64,000 nt of DNA, from assembly GCA_964348135.1 (NCBI GenBank), contig CAYGBL010000010.1, forward strand, positions 5,656-69,655, read 5' to 3'. Shown one piece after another: positions 46,344 through 56,647 of the stretch. This DNA is from an uncultured Actinomycetota bacterium (GTDB taxonomy: Bacteria > Actinomycetota > Aquicultoria > JACQXZ01 > CAYGBL01). Positions within the stretch are counted from its first letter, which is position 1. Each line of letters starts with the position of its first letter. Position numbers and translations under genes: made by a program. Below the pieces are notes generated by a model. It did no database searches and had not been told where the DNA came from. It saw nothing but the letters and a program-made list of their open reading frames with translations.

Positions 46344-46667
46344 AATTTTACGTTCTCCGTTCGCAGTCCACCGTTCACCGTTTAAAAATCAGCCATCATC
46401 TATAAAGTTTTTGCAGGCGCTTCATTCTTGAGCTTCAGTCTTCAATTTTTTCAGGCTGACCGAGAATGTTAAAATTTATATTTCGAGCCCGCCTGCCGTC
46501 GCCTGCGGCTCAGCCAATGGCGGGCAGGCAAGGTCGATAACATAAATTTTGTGTTAAATACGGTAGTTCTCGATTCGCTTCGCTCACTCGAACAATAAAA
46601 TTTCTTCTTAATCTGTACAGTCGCCTGTTTACACTTGACTCCTGACTTATGACCTATGACCTTTGAT

Positions 46668-47246
46668 TCAAACAGCTATTACTTTATCTGCCTGTATAAA
46701 TGAGTCAACAATGTCATACATATTAGATATATTACCTACACTAACCTTTTCTTTCAATTGAAAAAAATCAAGGCAGGTGCCACAAATCAGAATCTCCGTT
46801 CCTGCTGATTCTATCTTCTGCAGATTTTCCAAAACCGGTGATCCTTCAATGGTAAGCTTTACTCCACTATTCATAAATATAATCTTTTTGGGTTTTATAT
46901 CCTTCTCTGTCAAGGTATAGATCAAACTCTTTATCAAAACTCTTCCTAATTCTTCATCTCCTCGTCCTACAGTCTCGGAACTAATAAAAATAACACTTGG
47001 TTCTACAGATGCTTTGTTCTCTACGTTTTTTTCTACTGACTTGTTAAGCTTTAAAACAAAATCTTTTCCATCTTTTGCGATATCCACAGAAAACCCAAAT
47101 TTTTCTCCTAATCTGCCTACGTTTTCCTTAGCCGCATCGCTATCTACCAGAACCTTCAACGTTTTCTCTCCAGACTCAATTGCTTTCCTGGTTAAAATAA
47201 CTGGCTGCGGACAATCCAGCCCTCTCGCATCGATTGATTTTGCCAT
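46668..47246 (-). CDS. yedF: selenium metabolism protein YedF (TusA-like + DsrE-like domains)
   Basis: N-terminal IDARGLDCPQPVI (CPxP) and a C-terminal DsrE-like half with ICGTCLD. Confidence 0.85.
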   Translation of the reverse strand: MAKSIDARGLDCPQPVILTRKAIESGEKTLKVLVDSDAAKENVGRLGEKFGFSVDIAKDGKDFVLKLNKSVEKNVENKASVEPSVIFISSETVGRGDEELGRVLIKSLIYTLTEKDIKPKKIIFMNSGVKLTIEGSPVLENLQKIESAGTEILICGTCLDFFQLKEKVSVGNISNMYDIVDSFIQADKVIAV

Positions 47247-48296
47247 CTATTCCTCCCTCTCAATAACCCTTATCGTTCCCGGTTTTTCCTTAAGCACCCT
47301 CCCTATGACTGCTCTTGTATCGACACCCCTTTGAGAAAGCGCATCTAATAAGGATTTCTTCCGTTCAGGCGATACACTCATAAGCAAGCCTCCGGAAGTT
47401 TGGGGATCAAAAAGGATATCAAGCCAGACTTTCTCCAAAGCACTGTCAGCAATAATCTGATCTTTCAGAGCATCACGATTACTTTTTGCCCCACCCGGTA
47501 CTACTCCCATCTCAGCATGCTCCTGTGCCTTTGGCCATATGGGTATATTATTTACCCATACTTCAGCTGAAGTCCCACTCGCTTCCATCATCTCAAAAAG
47601 ATGACCTAAAAGACCAAATCCAGTAATATCTGTCCCTGCATTAACACCAACTGCAACCATTGCCTCTGACGCCCTCTTATTAAGCTGAGTGACGCTCTTA
47701 AGCTCACCCCTAATATCATCTTCCGATATCAATCCGCCTTTCAGAGCTGTCGCCAATATTCCAATGCCCAATGGCTTGGTTAAAACTAAATAATCACCCT
47801 TCTTAGCGCCGTTGACTCTCACAATACTCTTCTCTTCAACTACACCAACCACAGACATCCCAAATTTGGGCACTTCATCTTCTACTGAATGCCCACCTAC
47901 AATCAATACCCCAGCTTCTTCCGCTTTTTCCCGTGCACCCCGTAAAATCTCAGCTAAGATAGAAAGATCAAGCCTGCAAGGAAAACAGACTATATTAAGA
48001 GCAGTCAACGGTTTTCCTCCCATAGCGTAAACGTCACTGAAAGAATTGGCAGCAGAAATCTGACCATAAAGGTAAGGATCATCCACAACAGGAGTGAAGA
48101 AATCCAAAGTCTGAACCAATAAAATGTTTTCCGTCAGACGGTAGATGGAGGCATCATCAGCTGTCTCTATCCCCACTAACAGTTCTTCTGCCGTTTGTAC
48201 CGGAAAGTTCTGCAATATGCTTCTTAGGTCTGCCAGACCTATTTTAGATGCTCAGCCGCTCTTTTTTGAAAGCCTTGTAAGTTTAATTTCTTCCAG
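47247..48296 (-). CDS. selD: selenide, water dikinase; selenoprotein form (in-frame UGA at 48254-48252), probable CUG start
   Basis: The track ORF begins at an internal TTG (48215). Upstream, the same frame reads (L)EEIKLTRLSKKSG-U-ASKIGLADLRSIL, which aligns with E. coli [31 protein letters not shown] lies 6 nt before CTG 48296, and a TAG closes the frame 7 codons further upstream. Confidence 0.85.
48225..48241 (-). promoter_or_regulatory. candidate bacterial SECIS hairpin for the selD UGA
   Basis: UAGGUCU GGC AGACCUA begins 11 nt after the UGA. Confidence 0.55.
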
Positions 48297-48583
48297 CTTA
48301 TACCTCCCTCTAAGTTCCTATGGACATTTATGTTTCATAGTGGTGCCGATGAATACGCAGAAAATATAAATAAACATTATACTATTTATAACATATTTGC
48401 ATTTAAAACAGAATGCTGCTTGGAGATTGTTACCGGCTATTTTAAGCTATACGGTTCGTTATCTTAAGACCTTCTCAATATATAGTGGGCAGTAACAATC
48501 TACTATTTAGTTTAGACAACAGTAAAATGCGAGCCCAGTTAGCCCGCATTTCTCTAAAACACCAATATTACACTCAGTTTGTG

Positions 48584-48772
48584 CTATTTCTCCTCTTTCG
48601 GGGATTCAATAGTCAAATCTGTCTTTATGTCTTTTGAAGCCTTTCGAAATTCTCGTATTGCCTTACCCACGGCACCACCGATTTCAGGTAATTTCATCGG
48701 GCCAAAAATTATCAGAGCGATGACAAGAATTATCACCAGCTCAGGGACGCCCAGGCCTAACATTAAGTTCAC
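48584..48772 (-). CDS. tatA: twin-arginine translocase subunit TatA/E
   Basis: GVPELVIILVIALIIFGPMKLPEIG signature. Confidence 0.9.
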   Translation of the reverse strand: MNLMLGLGVPELVIILVIALIIFGPMKLPEIGGAVGKAIREFRKASKDIKTDLTIESPKEEK

Positions 48773-48805
48773 CTCCTGTACAGGAAAAACAAAGTAACCA
48801 AAGTT

Positions 48806-49495
48806 TCAAGTAATACTTGTCTCTAATATTGATTCTTCTTGTACTGTCTTTGTTTTGCCGATTCTAGACAGATAGTAAAGAGTGTGAAGTAGTTCTTTCA
48901 CGGGGTCACTGACGTGAAGATGAATATGTGAAGGGATTTGTAGCATTACTGGGGCATAGCTAAGAATTACCTTCACTCCTCCTTCAACCAGTAAATCCGC
49001 CACCCTTTGGGCTCCTGCCGATGGAACGGCAATGACTCCGATCGATATGTCCAATCTTTTAATTGTTTTTGCAAGGGTACGTACGTCTCTAATAATATAC
49101 TTGTCAAGCTTCTTTCCAATTTTATTGGGATCAGAATCAAATACTGCAACAATTGGGAACCCGTGTTTGGGAAGTGCTTCATATTCTATAATAGCTGCTC
49201 CCAAATTACCTGCTCCCACTAAGGCAATCTTATGCTCTTCACCGAAACCAAGGATATTTTGAATTTTGGATATGAGATATTCAATATTGTATCCAACACC
49301 TTTCTTTCCAAAGGTACCAAAATACGTAAAATCACGCCTTATTTCAGCGGGATTAACGCCTACATACTTGCCTATCTGTTGAGAAGAAATAGTTCGAAGA
49401 CCTTGATGGCGAAGCTGTATCAGACATTCAAGATAAGAAGGAAGCCTTTCAATCACGCCATCAGGTATACAGGAAGAAGGTGTGTAACCCTTCAT
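48806..49495 (-). CDS. rex: redox-sensing transcriptional repressor Rex
   Basis: RLPSYLECL...ISSQQIGKYVGVNPAEIRRDFTYFG...VGAGNLG. The start is uncertain: ATG 49495, or 49522 as in the track. Confidence 0.9.
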   Translation of the reverse strand: MKGYTPSSCIPDGVIERLPSYLECLIQLRHQGLRTISSQQIGKYVGVNPAEIRRDFTYFGTFGKKGVGYNIEYLISKIQNILGFGEEHKIALVGAGNLGAAIIEYEALPKHGFPIVAVFDSDPNKIGKKLDKYIIRDVRTLAKTIKRLDISIGVIAVPSAGAQRVADLLVEGGVKVILSYAPVMLQIPSHIHLHVSDPVKELLHTLYYLSRIGKTKTVQEESILETSIT

Positions 49496-49696
49496 AATAC
49501 AAACCCCCAATAATAAGTACAACTATAATACCTTCAACATATTTATTAAAAAATCCTGCATAATCTGCAACATTTGTTACAAATCTTTTTATACCAAATA
49601 ATACCAAAATTGAACGTGGAAATCTACACTTTTACCCACTAATACGCTTTCACTACCAAAATATGCCTTTAGGAACTGGCAAACCCTGTTGTCTTA

Positions 49697-50827
49697 CTAT
49701 ACTCCCAATTCAGTCTTTACCTTTATGAGCCGTATAATATCACTCCTTGTAACCAATCCTACTAACCTGTTACCGTGTACTACAAGAAGATGTCCAATTT
49801 CACCTTGAGCCATTCTTGTTAATGCGTGCACTGCCTCGTCCTCAGGTGATATTACTATTACTTTCTCTAAAGGAGTCAATACATCCTGGGCAGTTTTGTA
49901 AGCCCATTCCTCACGAGGGATTTCTTTTATATCATGAAGCGTGATTATACCCAGTAGCTCACCATCTCTTACCACAGGAAAACGGCCAAATTTGAATTTT
50001 AAAAAATAATCATTGACTAGCTGATCCAAAGTATAATTGGGTTCAACCGTCTCAACCTCTTTAGACATAATATCTCGAACTCTTACTTGTGAGAGGGCTT
50101 TTTCAAAAACCAAATGCTGATAGCTGCTCTGTGCTGCTTGCTGCAGGAACCAGCCAATCAGGATAAACCAACCTAATCCCCATTGCTGAGTGAGTACGCC
50201 TAAAAAACCCGCGAAGATTAGAATATAAGCGAAAACTTCACCAGCCCTAGTCGCAATGCGTGTGGCGGCAGTAATATCCTTAAGCCAACTCCAAAGGCCA
50301 GCCCGTAACACCCTGCCCCCATCTAAAGGGAACCCGGGGATAAGATTGAATACAGCAAGAAGCACATTTATGATACTTAAATATTGAGCTGGGGCAGTGA
50401 AGAATACGCTTAAGTCAAGAATCCGGGATATGAACCAAATAAATCCAAAAATAAAGGCAAGTCCCAGACTAGAAAGTGGGCCAGCTACTGCCATTTTAAA
50501 TTCAACGCCTGGGCTTTTGGGTTCTTGAGACATTTGAGCTACACCGCCGAAAATAAAAAGAGTAATTTTTCTTATAGGAATATTATTAAGCTTCGCTACT
50601 AAAGAATGGGAAAGTTCATGAAAAATTACCGAGCCAAAAAACAATAAGGAAGTAACGACACCAAGAATGACGTTAGATATTGCGGACAGTTCAGGGTATT
50701 GATTGGGAAAGTAAGCTGTAGCTAGACTTAAAGTAACCAGTACAAAAATTACAAACCATGTAATATTTATTTCAATAGAAATACCGAAAATTGATCCAAT
50801 CCGTATTCCGCCCATTGGAAGAGGCAT
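49697..50827 (-). CDS. site-2 protease family (M50) with tandem CBS domains
   Basis: HELSHSLVA zinc motif in a polytopic N-terminal half, with a C-terminal CBS pair. Confidence 0.9.
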   Translation of the reverse strand: MPLPMGGIRIGSIFGISIEINITWFVIFVLVTLSLATAYFPNQYPELSAISNVILGVVTSLLFFGSVIFHELSHSLVAKLNNIPIRKITLFIFGGVAQMSQEPKSPGVEFKMAVAGPLSSLGLAFIFGFIWFISRILDLSVFFTAPAQYLSIINVLLAVFNLIPGFPLDGGRVLRAGLWSWLKDITAATRIATRAGEVFAYILIFAGFLGVLTQQWGLGWFILIGWFLQQAAQSSYQHLVFEKALSQVRVRDIMSKEVETVEPNYTLDQLVNDYFLKFKFGRFPVVRDGELLGIITLHDIKEIPREEWAYKTAQDVLTPLEKVIVISPEDEAVHALTRMAQGEIGHLLVVHGNRLVGLVTRSDIIRLIKVKTELGV

Positions 50828-50952
50828 AGTCTCCTCCTTAATCGGTCTATGATTCTATAACTACTTACGATTCCCTTGAAACTGATATTCCCTAGGTTTG
50901 AAAAGGGTAAACCTGACCTAAGATAGAATGAGTACCAAAGAGGGAGAAGAAG

Positions 50953-52170
50953 ATGAAAGATTTCATCGCTGATCTGCATATCCATTCTAAATATAGTAGA
51001 GCAACAAGTACGGAGATGGATCTTGAAAATCTCAGCTACTGGGCTAAGCTCAAGGGAATAACTCTTTTGGGAACAGGTGATTTTACTCACCCGTTTTGGC
51101 TAGAGGAACTGGAAAAGAAACTTGAGCCGCTGGGAAATGGGATCTTTCAGTTTAAACAGTGTTATTTCACCATTACCGGTGAGATAAGCTGCATCTATAG
51201 TAAAGAGCGGAAAACTCGGAAAATCCACCTTCTTCTCCTTGTTCCTGGTTTTGAAGAAGCTAAGGAATTATCTAAGAGATTTGGGCGCATTGGAAAAATA
51301 GAGTCCAATGGGAGACCTATCTTGGGTACCGATGCAAAGTACATTGCTCGGGTTGCCTGGGAATACGGCTGTATAGTTATACCCGCCCATATCTGGACTC
51401 CTCATTTTTCTCTTTTTGGTGCTCATTCAGGATTTGATACAATAGAAGAATGCTTCGAAGACGATTCCCCGCGCGTCAAAGCTATAGAGACAGGGCTCTC
51501 CTCTGATCCTGCCATGAATTGGCGCCTTTCTAAACTCGACAGTAGAGCTATTGTATCATTTTCCGATGCTCATTCGCCATCTCGTATTGGTAGAGAAGCT
51601 TGCATTATGAGAACTGAGTTAAGTTTTGAAGGTATGCGAGCAACTCTAACAGATAGAGATAAACTCCTTGCTACCATCGAATTCTTTCCCCACGAGGGAA
51701 AGTATCATTTCAGCGGGCATCGCAATTGTGGAATAGTTATGTCTCCAGAGGAGACCCAGAAATCTCAGCTTTGCCCAAAGTGCAAAAGAGAGGTAACTCT
51801 AGGAGTTACGCATAGGGTCGAACAACTTGCCGACAGGCCTTCAGACTTCCAACCTTCAAATGCCCCTAAATTCTATAGCCAAATCCCATTAGAAGAAATA
51901 GTAAGCGAGGCTCTCAATAAACAGGTAGCTACGGTTTCCGTAAGGAACGAATATCTCAGACTAATCTCGACTTTGGGAAATGAGTTCAATATTCTTCTTG
52001 ATCGCTCCATTGAAGAGATCTCCGGAATTAATGCTAAAATAGCTGAAGGTATTCAAAGAGTAAGAGAGGGTCGTATTAAGATCGAACCAGGTTATGATGG
52101 TGTTTATGGAAAGATAAGCATCTTTGAAGAAGGTAAAAAATCCAGTCAGCTAGATCTATTTAGTATATAA
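50953..52170 (+). CDS. endonuclease Q-like PHP-domain protein (TIGR00375 type)
   Basis: The N-terminus FIADLHIHSKYSRATS...LLGTGDFTHPFW parallels archaeal EndoQ as I recall it. An internal CPKCKR zinc-ribbon is present. Confidence 0.7.
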   Translation: MKDFIADLHIHSKYSRATSTEMDLENLSYWAKLKGITLLGTGDFTHPFWLEELEKKLEPLGNGIFQFKQCYFTITGEISCIYSKERKTRKIHLLLLVPGFEEAKELSKRFGRIGKIESNGRPILGTDAKYIARVAWEYGCIVIPAHIWTPHFSLFGAHSGFDTIEECFEDDSPRVKAIETGLSSDPAMNWRLSKLDSRAIVSFSDAHSPSRIGREACIMRTELSFEGMRATLTDRDKLLATIEFFPHEGKYHFSGHRNCGIVMSPEETQKSQLCPKCKREVTLGVTHRVEQLADRPSDFQPSNAPKFYSQIPLEEIVSEALNKQVATVSVRNEYLRLISTLGNEFNILLDRSIEEISGINAKIAEGIQRVREGRIKIEPGYDGVYGKISIFEEGKKSSQLDLFSI

Positions 52171-52429
52171 AGGTATTGTTTATATCTCAGTCTAAATGCC
52201 TCATAAGGAGGAAAGCGAAAAGTCAAAGTTCAAATTTCAATAATTAAAAGAGGATAGGGTTCGAGGATTCGAGTAAAAATTAAGAATTCTACATCTTAAT
52301 TACCGCTCGAATCCTACATTCTTCGTACCCTTCCATTTTCAATAGTGCATCTTTGCTCTTAATTTTTAATTAATGTTAGTCATATAGAACTCGCCTTTAT
52401 AAAAAGTGCAAACAAACAATGGAGGCATT

Positions 52430-53329
52430 ATGAAGATTCTAGTTGTAGGATCCGTGGCGCTTGATACAATTGAGACACCGTTCGGGAAAGTTGAAAATGT
52501 CTTAGGAGGAAGTGCGGTACATTTTTCCTGCTCTGCCAGTTTCTTCGCATCAGTCGCTCTTGTTGGCGTGGTGGGGCAAGATTTTCCAGAAGAATATCTG
52601 CAATTTCTATCCAGCCGCAATATTGACATCTCGGGTCTGCAGGTCTCCAAAGGAAAAACTTTCCGCTGGAAAGGGTATTATGAATATGATTTAAACCAAG
52701 CTCATACCCTCGAAACCCAGTTAAACGTCTTTAAAAAATTCCACCCTAGGCTCCCGCAAAAATATAAAAATGCAGATTTTATTTTTTTAGCAAACATTGA
52801 TCCCGATCTTCAAAAAGAAGTATTAAAACAAATTAAAAATCCCAAGCTCATCTGCTGTGATACCATGAATTTCTGGATAGAAAATAAACAAAAATCACTA
52901 CTGGAGACTATCGAACGTGTGAACATTGCCCTTATGAACGATGCTGAAGCAAGGGAGCTCTGTAAAACATACAGTTTACTTGATGCTGCTCGCAAAATCA
53001 TATCTCTAGGTCCTCGTACTGTTATCTTTAAGAAGGGTGAACATGGAGCTTTAATGTTCACTGATTCCTCGCATTTCTCTGCCCCTGCTTTTCCACTTGA
53101 GGAAATAAATGATCCTACTGGAGCCGGGGATAGTTTTGCTGGTGGCTTTATTGGATATCTGGCAAAGAGTGAAGACCTCTCGGAAACTAACATTAGGAAA
53201 GCTGTTATTTATGGAAGCGTAATGGCTTCCTTTAATGTTGAAGGGTTTAGTGTAAACCGCCTGAGAAGCCTCACTCACAAAGAAATAGATGAGAGGTATG
53301 AGATATTTAAGAAGATAACCAACTTTTAG
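52430..53329 (+). CDS. PfkB/ribokinase family sugar or nucleoside kinase
   Basis: MKILVVGSVALD...GGSA and the C-terminal DPTGAGDSFAGGF motif. ATG 52430 follows GGAGG. Confidence 0.88.
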   Translation: MKILVVGSVALDTIETPFGKVENVLGGSAVHFSCSASFFASVALVGVVGQDFPEEYLQFLSSRNIDISGLQVSKGKTFRWKGYYEYDLNQAHTLETQLNVFKKFHPRLPQKYKNADFIFLANIDPDLQKEVLKQIKNPKLICCDTMNFWIENKQKSLLETIERVNIALMNDAEARELCKTYSLLDAARKIISLGPRTVIFKKGEHGALMFTDSSHFSAPAFPLEEINDPTGAGDSFAGGFIGYLAKSEDLSETNIRKAVIYGSVMASFNVEGFSVNRLRSLTHKEIDERYEIFKKITNF

Positions 53330-53409
53330 TCTGGCAGATTTAGCTTGGCGGTAAATGTCTAATGACGAATTTTAAAAGTTTAGGACATTGGTCATTAATC
53401 ATTACAAGC

Positions 53410-54225
53410 TTATTCTAGCTTTGCACCAGCCAAAGCATTACTACATATACAGTCTCGTTCCACCGGTATCTTAGGAATCATTTCAAAAAGAAGCTTCCTT
53501 ACCTTATCATTGTTTTGCTGTAGAATCTTTATAATATCTCCCGCAGACACAGGTTTAATATCAGGTTCGCCTTCAAGACCAACGTCATAATCTGTTATAA
53601 GAGCAATACTTACGTAGCAAATCTCCAGCTCACGTGCTAAGTATGCTTCAGGATACTGTGTCATATTAATAACTTCCCAGCCCTGAGATTGATACCATTT
53701 GCTTTCAGCTCTTGTACTGAAACGAGGCCCTTGAATAACTACTACAGTACCCTTTTTGTGCACTGTAATTCCTAGTTCCTCAGCTGTATTGATTGCAATT
53801 TCCGCTAGCTCAGGACAGTAAGGATCAGCCGCACTTACATGTGTTGCAACTGGGCCGTCATAGAAGGTATCCTGTCTTCCCCATGTTCTATCTATAAATT
53901 GATCGCAAATAACAAATTCACCTGGTTTAATATGAGTCTGCAGACTACCACAAGCGCAAGGAGCAATAATTCTAGTAACCCCGAGCTGCTTCATTGCATC
54001 AAGATTTGCACGATAGTTTATCATATGAGGAGGATATTGGTGCTTTGCTCCATGTCTTGGAAGAAAAGCAACCTTGTATTCCCCGATTTCTCCAATATGA
54101 ACCTTGTCGCTTGCTCTCCCGTAAGGAGTAACTATGTCGTGCTCCTCTACATTTTCCAAAAAACTGTAGAATCCCGAGCCCCCGAATACACCAATTTCAG
54201 CACTCGCTTTCTTCCTTTCAATCAT
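53410..54225 (-). CDS. mtnP: S-methyl-5'-thioadenosine phosphorylase
   Basis: IGVFGGSGFY...FLPRHG..H...PH.INYRAN pattern. Confidence 0.9.
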   Translation of the reverse strand: MIERKKASAEIGVFGGSGFYSFLENVEEHDIVTPYGRASDKVHIGEIGEYKVAFLPRHGAKHQYPPHMINYRANLDAMKQLGVTRIIAPCACGSLQTHIKPGEFVICDQFIDRTWGRQDTFYDGPVATHVSAADPYCPELAEIAINTAEELGITVHKKGTVVVIQGPRFSTRAESKWYQSQGWEVINMTQYPEAYLARELEICYVSIALITDYDVGLEGEPDIKPVSAGDIIKILQQNNDKVRKLLFEMIPKIPVERDCICSNALAGAKLE

Positions 54226-54228
54226 TTA

Positions 54229-54885
54229 CTACTCCTCCCATTGCACAGTTTTTATTCCTTCAATTCCAGAAAGATTCTCAATAACAGTCTCTGTGAATAC
54301 ACCCCTGGGAATATCAACAGTTAACCTTATACTGGCTATACCTTCTTGTTCCTGAGTCATTTCAATATTTCTAATATTTACAGATAGTTCTCCTAGATTT
54401 GCCCCAACTTTTCCCAGCATTCCGGGTCTGTCTTGCATTCGAACTACTATAAACTCCGTGCCTTTTGTCTTAAGAAATCTAGTCTCAATGATTTTAAATC
54501 CAGATAAAACAAGAAGGACCAAAATAGTGGTAGCTATAGCTGCAAAGTAGAAACCAGCCCCTATTGCCAATCCTACACCAGCTATAGTCCACAGGCTCGC
54601 TGCGGTAGTGAGGCCTTTGACTATCGATCCCTGTCTTATGATTGTACCCGCACCAAGGAAACCAATGCCGGTAATTACTCCTGATGCAATTCGACTGGGA
54701 TCAGCGCGCATTTCACCGATAAAGGGATATATAGATACCATCATTATCAGTGCAGAACCTATGCAGACGAGTACGTGAGTTCTGAACCCAGCAGGTCTAT
54801 CCGCGATTTCTCTTTGAAAGCCGATAATGCTTCCGCAGATCGAAGAAATAATTAAGCGAATTATTATATCAATACTGCTTATCAT
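54229..54885 (-). CDS. MgtC/SapB family membrane protein with a C-terminal ACT-like domain
   Basis: The N-terminal GFQREIADRPAGFRTH motif is typical of MgtC. Confidence 0.85.
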   Translation of the reverse strand: MISSIDIIIRLIISSICGSIIGFQREIADRPAGFRTHVLVCIGSALIMMVSIYPFIGEMRADPSRIASGVITGIGFLGAGTIIRQGSIVKGLTTAASLWTIAGVGLAIGAGFYFAAIATTILVLLVLSGFKIIETRFLKTKGTEFIVVRMQDRPGMLGKVGANLGELSVNIRNIEMTQEQEGIASIRLTVDIPRGVFTETVIENLSGIEGIKTVQWEE

Positions 54886-54963
54886 TTTACATAACCCATG
54901 CTTAAATTCTATTACTTTATATTTTATCCCTTCTCAAATACTGCTCAAAGAACAAAATAAAAA

Positions 54964-54979
54964 GGGCTGCAAGCAGCCC
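54964..54979 (-). terminator. hairpin terminator after the zinc-ribbon gene
   Basis: GGGCUG CUUG CAGCCC followed by UUUUUAUUUU on the minus strand. Confidence 0.65.
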
Positions 54980-55003
54980 TTTAAATATCCTCTTATAACT
55001 CAA

Positions 55004-55192
55004 TCAGCTACGAGTTCCGGTTTTCGCCCATATTAGCTTTTTTCTTAACGTTTTCTCTGTACCCTCTTCATCATTCGTTCTTGCCAAAACCTTTATTTCT
55101 TTTTTTATAAGCTCTCTAAGTCTATTCAGACAATTCTTACAGTACGCGACTTCTTTATAATTTTCAGTTCCACAATATGGACATATAATCAA
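55004..55192 (-). CDS. small zinc-ribbon protein
   Basis: CPYCGTEN...CKNC motif. 62 aa. Confidence 0.55.
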   Translation of the reverse strand: MIICPYCGTENYKEVAYCKNCLNRLRELIKKEIKVLARTNDEEGTEKTLRKKLIWAKTGTRS

Positions 55193-55380
55193 GTTAATCT
55201 TTTCCTTAAAATAATAATCCTATTAATTACCATATACCAAGTATTCTAAAAAAATAAACTTATTCCTTTTTAATTTGCAATTAAATTAACAATCATTTAA
55301 ATCAACTATAACTCATTCAATAAAAAGGATTTTATAAGCTCAAATTGAATTTATAAATTGTTTAATCTAAAGGAGATGAA

Positions 55381-56523
55381 ATGATGAGGCTTAATTATTC
55401 ATCTATATCAACATACCAAACATGTCCACTTCAATATAAATTGCAATATATCGAAAAAATACCACGCAAACCGTCCTATGCTCTTAGCTTTGGAGATAGT
55501 CTCCACAAGACTATTGAATACTTCTATAGTGTCCCCTACCCAAAACCTTATAGTCTTGAGCAGATTCTTGATCATTTAAAGAAAGTGTGGCGATCCGACG
55601 GATACGCCAGCCGAAGCGAAGAAGAAGCTCATTTCAATCATGCTTTGCAGGTGCTTACTATTTTCTATCAGAGCAACTTAACAGATTTTCAACTCCCGGT
55701 AGCTATTGAATATCGCTTTGAGTTAAAAATTGATAATCTTACTTTAACTGGCAAAATTGATAAAATGGATAAACTTAAAAGCGGCGGTTTCGAAATAACC
55801 GATTTCAAAACTAATCGGCGCCTTCCACCCCTGCAAAAGATCAGGGCAGATCTCCAACTTTCAATATACCACCTGGCTGCTCAGCATATTTGGGGAGTAG
55901 AACCCGAAAAGCTCACACACTACTTTCTCCTACCCAATCAAAAAGTAAGTACTACAAGATCACAAGAGCAAATTGAGGAAACCCTAAATATTATTAGATC
56001 TATAGCTGAGGATATAACAGCCGAGATATTTAATCCACACGAAAATAACCTTTGTCCCTGGTGCGACTACCAATGCTATTGTCCTTTATACCGTCACCAG
56101 TATATAAGAGAAGAAGAGGCTACGACAGCAGAAGCTGAGACTGAATACATTGAGAAGATAATCGATGAATATGTAGAATTGAAAAAGCAGGATAGAGAAC
56201 TGAGCCAGAGAATCTCCGAACTACAGGAACGTATCCACAAATATTGTGAAGAAAACAATCTATCACGTCTATATAGTAACCGGGCGATGATTTCGCGTAC
56301 CACACGAGAAAAATACACTTATGATTTGAATCGATTGCGAGAGATTCTCGAACCTCTCCATTTATGGGAAAAAGTAATCAAAGTAGACAGTAAATCTCTA
56401 AAGGAAATGGTAGAAAAAGAGAATTTCACCGAAGAGATCAAGAGGGCTATCGAAACGTCAAGGCAGGTTGAAGAAATATCTTATGCATTATATTTAAGAG
56501 AACTTCAAACCAGCAACACTTAA
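55381..56523 (+). CDS. PD-(D/E)XK nuclease with a Cas4/AddB-like Cys cluster and a C-terminal coiled-coil extension
   Basis: N-terminal YQTCPLQYKLQYI, core GKIDKMD...FEITDFKT, and Cys triad CPWCDYQCYCP. A ~130-aa charged helical tail follows. Confidence 0.8.
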   Translation: MMRLNYSSISTYQTCPLQYKLQYIEKIPRKPSYALSFGDSLHKTIEYFYSVPYPKPYSLEQILDHLKKVWRSDGYASRSEEEAHFNHALQVLTIFYQSNLTDFQLPVAIEYRFELKIDNLTLTGKIDKMDKLKSGGFEITDFKTNRRLPPLQKIRADLQLSIYHLAAQHIWGVEPEKLTHYFLLPNQKVSTTRSQEQIEETLNIIRSIAEDITAEIFNPHENNLCPWCDYQCYCPLYRHQYIREEEATTAEAETEYIEKIIDEYVELKKQDRELSQRISELQERIHKYCEENNLSRLYSNRAMISRTTREKYTYDLNRLREILEPLHLWEKVIKVDSKSLKEMVEKENFTEEIKRAIETSRQVEEISYALYLRELQTSNT

Positions 56524-56590
56524 CAGGACATAAAACAGAAGCTCAAAATTATACCAGCAATGAACAGGGTTGATTCAATATTAATATAAA

Positions 56591-56616
56591 CATGAAAGCC
56601 CTCTGGGGCTTTCATG
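56591..56616. terminator. bidirectional terminator hairpin
   Basis: CAUGAAAGCCC UCUG GGGCUUUCAUG with U-tracts on both sides. It lies between convergent genes. Confidence 0.8.
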
Positions 56617-56647
56617 TTTGTATTTTTCAAATAAAACTACTATCTGC

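Noticed and set aside
49523-49696. A Rex operator upstream of rex (short palindrome atttgtNacaaat)
   Set aside because: It does not match the TTGTGAA-N4-6-TTCACAA type consensus in length or sequence, so it is too weak to call.
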